NCBI GenBank assembly: GCA_965200235.1
Contig: OZ241339.1
Coordinates: forward strand, 372,508-436,507
DNA: 64,000 bases
DNA from: Pseudomonadales bacterium
GTDB lineage: Bacteria > Pseudomonadota > Gammaproteobacteria > Pseudomonadales > Azotimanducaceae
Direction of reading: 5' to 3'
The translations under genes were made by a program, and so were the position numbers. Shown here in pieces: positions 1 through 8,300 of the stretch. Numbering within the stretch: the stretch's first letter is position 1; each line of letters starts with the position of its first letter. The notes beneath the pieces are model-generated. The model was not told where the DNA came from. It was given only the letters and a program-made list of their open reading frames with translations, and made no database searches.

Positions 1-477
1 ACTGGTCACTGGCGAATCACGCACCAAGACAATCTCATTGGCTCGATAGGGTTTCGAGACTCGATTGCCGTCGTGGATAGCGATGGCGACGGACGTTCGG
101 ATGTGCTCGTTCCACTGCACGCGAGCGGTGGTCCCGACCGAGCGAGTTTCCTGTTGCTCCCGGCATCTGCGGTAGCGCTGGGCAGTAGCGCCGGCGGCAT
201 CGTTGCAACAACGGAGATTCTCGAAGGCTCCGGTTACGCCTTCCATGTGGATGTGGACGCCTGGGTCTCCCTGTCAGTCAGCAGCGCTGGCGATGTGGAC
301 GGTGACAGACGAGAGGATTTCATGCTCGGGATGACGACACATTCGGACAATGAGAACGAAAGCAACCCTGACTCGGTGTACCTCATCGTTTCCGCCGACT
401 TGAAATGGCTTGACGCGGCGGATGGCAGCCAAGACCGCATCATTCAACTATCCAATGTGGCCGGCCCGCGGCAATAG
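1..477 (+). CDS. FG-GAP/VCBS-like repeat protein, C-terminal fragment (5' end outside window)
   Basis: Frame 1 is open from nt 1 to TAG at 475-477. The translation has Asp-rich Ca-binding-like repeats (DSDGDGRSD, GDVDGDRREDF) typical of FG-GAP/integrin-alpha-type repeats. Confidence 0.45.
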   Translation, partial: TGHWRITHQDNLIGSIGFRDSIAVVDSDGDGRSDVLVPLHASGGPDRASFLLLPASAVALGSSAGGIVATTEILEGSGYAFHVDVDAWVSLSVSSAGDVDGDRREDFMLGMTTHSDNENESNPDSVYLIVSADLKWLDAADGSQDRIIQLSNVAGPRQ

Positions 478-503
478 TGGAGTGCGGTCAAAGACCGTGC
501 CGT

Positions 504-1529
504 TCACCCCTCAGCCAACAGCATTCTTAGGTCGTTCAAGGCGGCGTTGGTGCGGGAGACGTAGGACGCCATGACGAGCGAATGGTTGGCGAGCATGCCG
601 AAGCCGCCGCCGTTCAGGACCATCGGGCTCCAGAGCGCCTGCTGCGAGCCTTCGAGTTCGCGGATGATCTGCGCGAGGCTGACGCGCGCGTTCTTGTCGT
701 CAAGCACGTCTGCAAAGTCGATTTCGATGGCGCGAAGCAGGTGCAGGAGCGCCCAGGTCTGTCCGCGCGCTTGATAGAAATAATCGTCAATCTCCGTCCA
801 CGGCGTCTTCACGTAGGTCTCGGCGGGTGCGCTCGTCGCTTGGTTGGCGGCGCGGTCGCCGGCGAGCGCAAGATCGAGTTGCCGCTTGCCGACACTCGCG
901 CTCAATGATTGCGACAGGCTTCCCAAGCGAGAATCTACCGCAGACAGCCACGCGCGCAGATTGTCGGCGCGAGCGTAGAACTGCGCATCCGGTGCCTGTT
1001 CGTCGGCGATGCGCTGAAGATAGCGCTCGACGTGCGCGATGCCGTCTCGATACTCGCTCTCGGATGCCGGGAACAGCCAGCTTGAATTGTCGTAGAAGAA
1101 CTTGCCTTCGGCTTCGGCAAGGTCTGGGTCTTCGGCGGATTGGCTTTGCGATCGACTGAATTCGTGGCGCATGGCGCGGCTGAAGTCGCGAAGCTGCACA
1201 AGCACGCCGAACTCCCAATTCGGGACGTTGTCCATCCATACGCCCGGCGGCGCGATGTCATTGGACAGATAGCCGCCGCGCGATTCAAGCAGGGTACGGG
1301 CAATCTCGATCATGGTAGCAGTGGTGACATAGCCGGTCACTGCTTGGTCACCAGATTCTCGCGCAGCGGACTCGGCCAGCGCCTTCACATCGAATTGGTC
1401 GGGTTCGGCGTCCCACCACCACCAGATCGCGAGCACGGCGACCAAGTAGGCAGCGACCACGCCAGCGACCACGCGCCATACGACGCCGAAGGATTGTCGT
1501 TTCACGATCTGTCGAAAGAGCTGCTTCAT
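504..1529 (-). CDS. membrane-anchored conserved hypothetical protein (DUF2333-like, from memory)
   Basis: 341-aa ORF with an N-terminal hydrophobic helix (VVAGVVAAYLVAVLAIWWWW) followed by a soluble domain. An ATGA overlap with the upstream lipoprotein ORF at 1526-1529 implies an operon. The family name was not verified by search. Confidence 0.5.
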   Translation of the reverse strand: MKQLFRQIVKRQSFGVVWRVVAGVVAAYLVAVLAIWWWWDAEPDQFDVKALAESAARESGDQAVTGYVTTATMIEIARTLLESRGGYLSNDIAPPGVWMDNVPNWEFGVLVQLRDFSRAMRHEFSRSQSQSAEDPDLAEAEGKFFYDNSSWLFPASESEYRDGIAHVERYLQRIADEQAPDAQFYARADNLRAWLSAVDSRLGSLSQSLSASVGKRQLDLALAGDRAANQATSAPAETYVKTPWTEIDDYFYQARGQTWALLHLLRAIEIDFADVLDDKNARVSLAQIIRELEGSQQALWSPMVLNGGGFGMLANHSLVMASYVSRTNAALNDLRMLLAEG

Positions 1530-2215
1530 GGAGGAAGAGTAAGAATCTGTACCCGATACGGCGGAGACGACACAATATCAGCCCGAATGCGTCCTTCGCC
1601 GGAGGATTTTGCAAGCTGTTCGTACACCCAGCGGCCGAGCGCATCGCTCGGTGCGGCAATGCGCACAAGCGCATCTTCGCGGCGCGCATGGCGACCGAAC
1701 ACAGCCAAGTCCGCCATCAGCAACGGCGCTCGTCGTTCGAGCGCGCCTCGGTCGAGCTTCAATGTTCTGCGCTCGGCTCGCTCAAAACGCAGCACCTGTG
1801 CTTCGATAAAGTCAATCTGCGGGTAGTCTGGCAGCACTGATCTGGCGCGCTTGATGAATAGGTGAGCGCGTGCGAATTCATCGCGCATCAGCGCCTCGTT
1901 GGTCATCTGCAAGTAGCGCTCGACGATGCGCTCCATGCCGCTGAGTGCCGGCTCGTAGTCGGGTACGAGATTGAGCGCCTTGGTAAACCATAGAAAGGCG
2001 TTGTCGGACGCTGGCGTCGTCAGGAAATCGCGTTGCATGGCAAGCAGACCTCGGTCCAAGAGCACTTGCGCCTCGGCGCGAGCGGCGATCATTGGATCGG
2101 GCGCGGGCGGCGGCGCCTCGGTTGTCTGCGGCGGGGGAGGTGCCGGTGGTGTCGGCGTACACGCACAGAGAAGAAGTGTTCCGTATACGAACAGGCAGGC
2201 TGCGGAGACCCGCAT
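1526..2215 (-). CDS. putative lipoprotein with Pro-rich linker and helical repeat region
   Basis: 229-aa ORF. Signal peptide with a Cys-containing lipobox-like end (GTLLLCAC), then a PPAPPPP linker. It overlaps the downstream ORF by 4 nt. Confidence 0.45.
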   Translation of the reverse strand: MRVSAACLFVYGTLLLCACTPTPPAPPPPQTTEAPPPAPDPMIAARAEAQVLLDRGLLAMQRDFLTTPASDNAFLWFTKALNLVPDYEPALSGMERIVERYLQMTNEALMRDEFARAHLFIKRARSVLPDYPQIDFIEAQVLRFERAERRTLKLDRGALERRAPLLMADLAVFGRHARREDALVRIAAPSDALGRWVYEQLAKSSGEGRIRADIVSSPPYRVQILTLPP

Positions 2216-2254
2216 AGGTTTCAGTGTTCCGTGAAGCGAGCGACTAGCGTGTCT

Positions 2255-2425
2255 CTAATCTTCCACAAAGTCAAATTCATGCAGGCCGAACTTGCGCTTC
2301 AGGCCAAAAAAGCGTGTGTCCTTTTCGCTCGCCACTTCGTGAATCGGCCTGGTCGCGTGGTGATCGTCGATGCCGATGTGGCCTTGGTGCCGGGGGGATG
2401 GTAGGGCAAGGTCGTAGTCGCGCAC
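2255..2425 (-). CDS. possible 56-aa small protein (below the ORF-track size cutoff)
   Basis: GTG at 2425-2423 is preceded by GGAGGG with about 9 nt spacing and an in-frame TAG just upstream. Translation: MRDYDLALPSPRHQGHIGIDDHHATRPIHEVASEKDTRFFGLKRKFGLHEFDFVED. No family recognised. Confidence 0.25.
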   Translation of the reverse strand: MRDYDLALPSPRHQGHIGIDDHHATRPIHEVASEKDTRFFGLKRKFGLHEFDFVED

Positions 2426-2448
2426 ATCACGAGACCCTCCCTAGAACG

Positions 2449-3426
2449 TCAAGATGACCGCTTTCTCTGGCGCCGAACGGCAGGATCGGATTCAGGGTAC
2501 TGGTTCGCAAGCCGACCTACCACTTCGAAAAACTCCCGGCGCACTTCCAAGATGACTTCGCCCACCGGCCGCACGGCGTCAATGCGTCCGCAGACTTGGC
2601 CGGAAAGCGGGATCGCGGCTTCCATATCGCCGCCGAAGTAGAGCGACTGGGCATCGCCGAACGCCTGCATAGCGTTGATCTCGGGCGACTTTTCGAGGCG
2701 GCTCGTGCGCATGGTTCTGAGCGCTCGCAAGGCTGGCGAATGATCGCGGTTGAGAAACACCGTATCGGTTTCCTTGGCGCTCACCACCGCGTCCTTCCAA
2801 TTCTGATGCACAGGGGATTCAGCCGAGGACATCATGCGCGTGCCCATTTGGATGCCTTCGGCGCCAAGCGCGAACGCCGCCGCCATGCTCTTGCCGTCCA
2901 CGAAGCCGCCAGCGGCGATGATCGGCACATCGACTTGCGAGCGCACCAGCGGCAAGAGCACCAGCGTCGAGACTTCGCGCGGGTTCTTGAAGCCGCCGCC
3001 CTCGCCGCCTTCGACAACGAGGCCGTCCACCCCGCACTCGACAGCCTTCAGCGCCGCCGCAAGGCTCGGCACGACATGAAAGACCGTGAGCCCCGCCGAC
3101 TTGAGATGCTGCGTGTAGCGCTCGGGGTTGCCCGCGGAGGTGGTGACGAACTTGACGCCTTGCTCGATCACGAACTCGACAATGTTCGGGTCGCGAACAA
3201 AGGCCTGCGCGATATTCACGCCAAAGGGCTTGTCTGTGAGCGCTCGCATCTTAACGATCTCTTCGCGAATCTGGTCGAGCTCGCCCGAAGACGTTTCAAT
3301 GATGCCGAGGGCGCCCGCATTGGAGACGGCGGATGCAAGGCGCGAACGCGCGATCCATCCCATGGGCGCTTGCACAATGGGAGTCTCGACGCCAAGCATT
3401 TCGGTGATGCGATTGGAGAATGTCAT
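2449..3426 (-). CDS. nitronate monooxygenase / 2-nitropropane dioxygenase family (FMN TIM-barrel)
   Basis: From the internal ATG at 3426: MTFSNRITEMLGVETPIVQAPMGWIARSRLASAVSNAGALGIIE ... VVEGGEGGGF ... IIAAGGFVDG ... ALGAEGIQMGTRM, the classic NMO/FabK-like signature. The 453-aa track ORF (to 3810) is an upstream read-through extension. Confidence 0.85.
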   Translation of the reverse strand: MTFSNRITEMLGVETPIVQAPMGWIARSRLASAVSNAGALGIIETSSGELDQIREEIVKMRALTDKPFGVNIAQAFVRDPNIVEFVIEQGVKFVTTSAGNPERYTQHLKSAGLTVFHVVPSLAAALKAVECGVDGLVVEGGEGGGFKNPREVSTLVLLPLVRSQVDVPIIAAGGFVDGKSMAAAFALGAEGIQMGTRMMSSAESPVHQNWKDAVVSAKETDTVFLNRDHSPALRALRTMRTSRLEKSPEINAMQAFGDAQSLYFGGDMEAAIPLSGQVCGRIDAVRPVGEVILEVRREFFEVVGRLANQYPESDPAVRRQRKRSS

Positions 3427-3516
3427 GCGGTGTCTTTCCGGCCCGGCCAAGGAATGGCGCACATGATAGTGGCAAGTGTCTACACTTGAGGTTCTTGTCG
3501 TCGGAGTTGGTATCAA

Positions 3517-5352
3517 ATGGATTGGCTTGAAGGTGTGCAGATTGCGCAGGCGGCATCGCGACAGGTGCCTGAAGTGGCATTGCGCGCGATTGATTTGGCT
3601 GGTCAGATGGCGCGGCAGCTCGGTGCCGACGTGTTCGTCGATGCGCACTTTTCCAAGGCTTCGACCTTCCGCAGTCGAGGCAAGCGCCGCTTGCAAACCC
3701 CGGTGGCCGACTGGCTCAATGCCGACGCTGCGCGCTTGGCCGTCATCGCGACTGTCGATGAAAAGGAACTTATCGAGTCCTCCGCCGATCAAAGCCAAGT
3801 CGTGCTGCATGTGGACGCAAGCGCGAGCGAAGCGACGCTCTTCGCCGAATCAGGGCTGGCCGATCTGCTCGGCGATCCGGAGCGCGCGGCGTTGATTCCG
3901 CGAGGCGACTATGCCGCCGGCACGGTTGCGCTCGCCGTGCTTGCGGCAATCACAAGCCTTGTCGCCTTGCGCCGTCGCGGCGGACGCGCAGACATCGCGC
4001 ACATTCATGCGCGAAGCGTTCTGAGCTGGGTCAATTGGAAGGCGGCGGTGGCAGGTGATCTCGGACGAGATCTCAGACGCGAAGGCGCGCGTGCCGAATG
4101 GCCGATCATCCCGTGCAAGGACGGCCATGCGGCGCTGATTTACCAGGAACGCGACTGGCGGAATATCGTCGCGATGGTCGGCGATGCGCGACTTGCTGAG
4201 ACGCGCTTCGACAGCTTTCGCGGGCGCGCCGCGCATCGCGAGGAATACATGGCGATCATTCGCGATTGGGCGGCCGAGCGCACGAAGTCGGCGCTCATGC
4301 AAGCCTTTTTCGAGCACGACATCCCGGCTGCGCCGGTGCTCGATGCGCAAGATTTGCTGGCCGATCCGCTGCTGCGCCATAGGGAGGCACTCGAGTCGGT
4401 GACGCGCGAGTCAGGCAAGGCCGCGCGCTCGCCTCGGCTCGCGCATCGCGTCGCGGCGCTCGGCGAAGCGCAGGAGGCCAAGAACCCCCGTGGCGGGACC
4501 TTGCCGCTTTCTGGCCTGCGCGTCCTTGATCTCGGCATCATCACGGCCGGTGCCGGCGTCTCGGCGCTGCTCGCGGACTTGGGCGCCGAAGTGCTGAAAA
4601 TCGAGTCGCACACCTATCCCGACCCCTTTCGGGCGTGGGCGGGCGAGGCTGTGTCGCCCTTTTTCAAGAGCAACAACCGCAACAAGTACGGCTTGGCGCT
4701 CGATCTCAAGACAGAGCGTGATCGGGCACGGTTCCTCGCCCTCGTGGAAACAGCGGATGTGGTGGTCGAGAACTTTCGTCGAGGCGTTCTCGAACGGCTC
4801 GGGATTGGCTATGAAACGCTTAAATCGGTGAACCCGTCAATCATGCTGGCGTCGATCTCCGGTCAAGGCTTGGACGGGCCAGGCGCCGAAGCGAGCAGCT
4901 TCGGCTCAACCTTGGAAGCCTCGTCAGGCTTCTCGGCGCGCGTGTGCTACGACGATGGCGCGCCCTACACGACCGGGCGCAACGTCAATTATCCGGATCA
5001 AACGGTTGTGCTCTACGCGGCGGCCGTCATCGCCGCGGCCGTGTCAGGCGGCACGCGAGGCATGCACCTTGACGTGTCGCAGCGCGATGTCACGGTCTAT
5101 CTGCTAGGCGAGGAGATTGAGCGCGTTTCGGCGGGGGAAAGAGCGACAGATGTGGCGGTCACACAGAGTGCAAGCGTCAACAAGGGCTCCGAGATGTACG
5201 CGCTCGAGACGGCGTCGCGCACCGATGCCTTTGCCACGGATCCTGACGGCAATCTTGTCAAGGGTTTTCCGTTTCAGTTTCAGCAGGAGCCCATGAGCGT
5301 TCGCATGAACTCGCCGCGGGTTGGAGAGCATACCGATCAGTTCTGCGCATGA
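3517..5352 (+). CDS. CoA-transferase family III (CaiB/BaiF) domain protein, atypically long
   Basis: 611-aa ORF. The C-terminal half starts with the canonical family III N-terminus LSGLRVLDLGIITAGAGVSALLADLGAEVLKIES ... NKYGLALDLK ... ADVVVENFRRGVLERLGIGYE. The N-terminal about 320 aa look like a second, degenerate copy. Confidence 0.7.
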   Translation: MDWLEGVQIAQAASRQVPEVALRAIDLAGQMARQLGADVFVDAHFSKASTFRSRGKRRLQTPVADWLNADAARLAVIATVDEKELIESSADQSQVVLHVDASASEATLFAESGLADLLGDPERAALIPRGDYAAGTVALAVLAAITSLVALRRRGGRADIAHIHARSVLSWVNWKAAVAGDLGRDLRREGARAEWPIIPCKDGHAALIYQERDWRNIVAMVGDARLAETRFDSFRGRAAHREEYMAIIRDWAAERTKSALMQAFFEHDIPAAPVLDAQDLLADPLLRHREALESVTRESGKAARSPRLAHRVAALGEAQEAKNPRGGTLPLSGLRVLDLGIITAGAGVSALLADLGAEVLKIESHTYPDPFRAWAGEAVSPFFKSNNRNKYGLALDLKTERDRARFLALVETADVVVENFRRGVLERLGIGYETLKSVNPSIMLASISGQGLDGPGAEASSFGSTLEASSGFSARVCYDDGAPYTTGRNVNYPDQTVVLYAAAVIAAAVSGGTRGMHLDVSQRDVTVYLLGEEIERVSAGERATDVAVTQSASVNKGSEMYALETASRTDAFATDPDGNLVKGFPFQFQQEPMSVRMNSPRVGEHTDQFCA

Positions 5353-8300
5353 TGCGCTGTGTGTCCATCGATCTCGAGGTCGCTCCGATCGATGGCCGCA
5401 TCCACAAGATCGGTGCCGTGCGCAGCGACAGGGAAGACGATTTTCATCGCGCCGGTGGCCATCTCGGCGCCGCGCTGCAAGCGCTCGACCGCTACGCGCA
5501 TGGCGCGCAGTGCGTGCTTGGACACAATATCATCGAGCATGACCTCAAGTATCTGGCGGCTGCGGATCCGCGACTCGCTCTCTTCAAGCTGCCCGTCATC
5601 GACACCCTTCGCCTGAACCCGCTCGCCTTCCCGGCGCACCCCTACCATCATCTGGTCAAGCACTATCAGGACGGCGGGCTGCTTCGCGGCCAAAAGAACG
5701 ACCCGGTGCTCGATGCGAGGCTCGCGCTCGATGCCTTCGACAATCAGCGAGCGCAATTTGGGGACACACACCCTGATCTGCTTGGCGCTTGGCATTTTCT
5801 CTGTACGCCTGACCACAAAAGACAGGATGCCGCGCTTGATCGTGTGTTTTGCGAACTCAGGGGTGCCGAGCGTCCATCAAAGCAAGAAGCCAAGCGACTG
5901 ATCTTGGCGCGGCTTGCTGGCAAAGCGTGTTCGTTGGTCGCTGAGAAGCTCGCAGACAAGCCGAATCGCCATGGCTGGCCGCTCGCCTATGCGCTCGCAT
6001 GGCTGTCGGTCGCGGGCGGAAACTCGGTGATGCCGCCTTGGGTCGCGCATCAGTTTCCGCTCGCCAAGCGTCTTGTGCGGGATCTGCGCGACAAGGCCTG
6101 TGGACGCCCTAGTTGCGCATGGTGCCGAGCACGGCACGATGCGCGGCAAGAACTGCGTCGCTGGTTCGGGTTCGAAGGTTATCGCGAAGAACCGAAGCAT
6201 ACTGACGGACGCTCGATGCAAGAAGCCATTGTCCGATCGGTGATGGCGGGCGAGCACGTCCTCGGCGTGCTGCCGACCGGTGCTGGCAAATCGATCTGCT
6301 ATCAAGTGCCAGCGCTCTCACGCTATGACAAGACGGGCGCCTTGACGGTGGTGATTTCACCCTTGGTGGCGTTGATGGAAGATCAAGTCAAGGGGCTTGA
6401 GCGCCAAGGGGTCGGCTGTGCCGTCGCCATCAACGGCCTATTGTCGATGCCGGAACGCAAGAACGCGCTTGATCGGGTGCGCCTCGGCGATGCGGGCATC
6501 CTCATGATTTCGCCTGAGCAGCTTCGATCAGTCGCGGTGCGGCGCGTGCTCGGTCAGCGCGAGATCGCAAGCTGGGTGATCGACGAAGCGCACTGCTTGT
6601 CTGGTTGGGGGCAGGATTTTCGGCCTGACTATCGGTACATCTCGCGCTTCATCCGTGAACGCGCGCCCGAGATCCCTCCGATCTTAGGCCTGACCGCGAC
6701 GGCTAAGGCTGCTGTCAAGAACGACATCGTCAATCATTTCCAAGACAAGCTCGGCATCAAGCTGCGCGTGTTCGATGGCGGCGCCGAGCGCTCCAATCTG
6801 GCCTTTGATGTGGTGCCGACGACCCAAGCCGAGAAGTTTGCGCACACCCACCAGATGCTCATCGCGCATTTGCCGGACGACGGTTCCGGCGGCGCCATTG
6901 TCTATTGCGCGACGCGCGGCAAAAGTGAGGAGATGGCGGAGTTTCTCGGCAGGAAAGGCATGGCCGTCGCGCACTTTCACAGCAAGGTGTCGCCGGAAGT
7001 AAAAAAAGACGTGCAAGCCGCGTTCGGGCGCGGCGAACTGCGCGTCATCGCCGCCACCAACGCCTTCGGCATGGGGATCGACAAGCCTGATGTGCGCTTG
7101 GTGATTCACGCCGATGTGCCCGGCTCGCTTGAGAACTATCTGCAAGAGGCGGGTCGGGCTGGGCGTGATCGAGACGCGGCTCGCTGCGTCCTGCTCTACG
7201 CCGCCGATGACGTTGAGGATCAGTTTCGCCTGTCGGCGAGTTCGCGCCTGACGCGCCAAGAGATTCATGGCATCCTGCGGGCGCTTCGCAATATTGATCG
7301 GCGCGGGAGCCGCCACGGCTCTCGGCAACACGGCTCTCGGCAACACGGTTCTCGGCAACACGGTTCTCGGCAAAATGATGTCGTCGCGACGGTTGGCGAG
7401 ATTCTGACCGCCGATGATGAGCATCTATTCGAGCAGGATGCCGCCACCGACGATACGAGGGTGCGCACGGCGGTCTCGTGGCTCGAAGAGGCCGATCTCC
7501 TGACGCGCGAAGAGAATCGCGTCGAGGTCTTTCCCTCGTCGCTGCGCGTGCATTCGCTTGCTGAGGCGGGCAAGCGACTTGCCCGCGCCGAGATCAGCCG
7601 GGAATATCGGCAGAGCCTGCTTGCCATTGCAACCGTGCTCATGCAGGCGAAACCGGACGAGTCGCTGACAACGGACGATCTGATGAATGCCTCAGGACTC
7701 GGAACGTCCGCGGTGCGCGGCGCGCTCTATGATTTGGAGCGACTCGGCATTGCCAGCAATGACACGGCCTTGACTGCGTTTGTGCATCGAGGCGTCGAGC
7801 GAGCGTCAATGCGGCGCTATGAGAATGCCGCCGAACTCGAAGCCGCGCTGATCGAGCATATGCGACTCGCCGCGCCCGATCAGGACAAGGGCGAGGGCGC
7901 CAATCTGCACCTTCGCGTGGCGGCGCAGACGCTCGCCGATGCAGGGATTGAAGCGCCTTTGCCTGAGCGTCTCTGGCGCATCTTGAGGAGTATCGCCGCC
8001 GATGGACGCGAGGAGGAAGGTGGGGTCGGCAGCTTGGAGGTGCACAGGCGTGGTGCCGATGTCGTCTATGTGGTGTTGCGCCGGGATTGGCAGTCCCTCG
8101 CCGAGACGGCGCGCCTCAGGCGCGATGCGGCGCGGCTCTTGCTCGATCATCTCCTGCAGCGACTGCCAGAGGGCGCAAGAGGCGTCGATCTTCTTGTGGA
8201 GACGACGCTTGGCGAACTGACGCGGTGCATCGAAGCTGACTTGGAGATGAAGGCGCGCGTCAAAAAAGTCGCCAAGCTCATGGATCACGCCCTCCTGTGG

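Noticed and set aside
3427-3810. N-terminal 128-aa extension of the monooxygenase ORF (track ORF 2449-3810)
   Set aside because: The extension overlaps the divergent CoA-transferase gene start and has no similarity to NMO proteins. The conserved N-terminus begins at the internal Met (3426).
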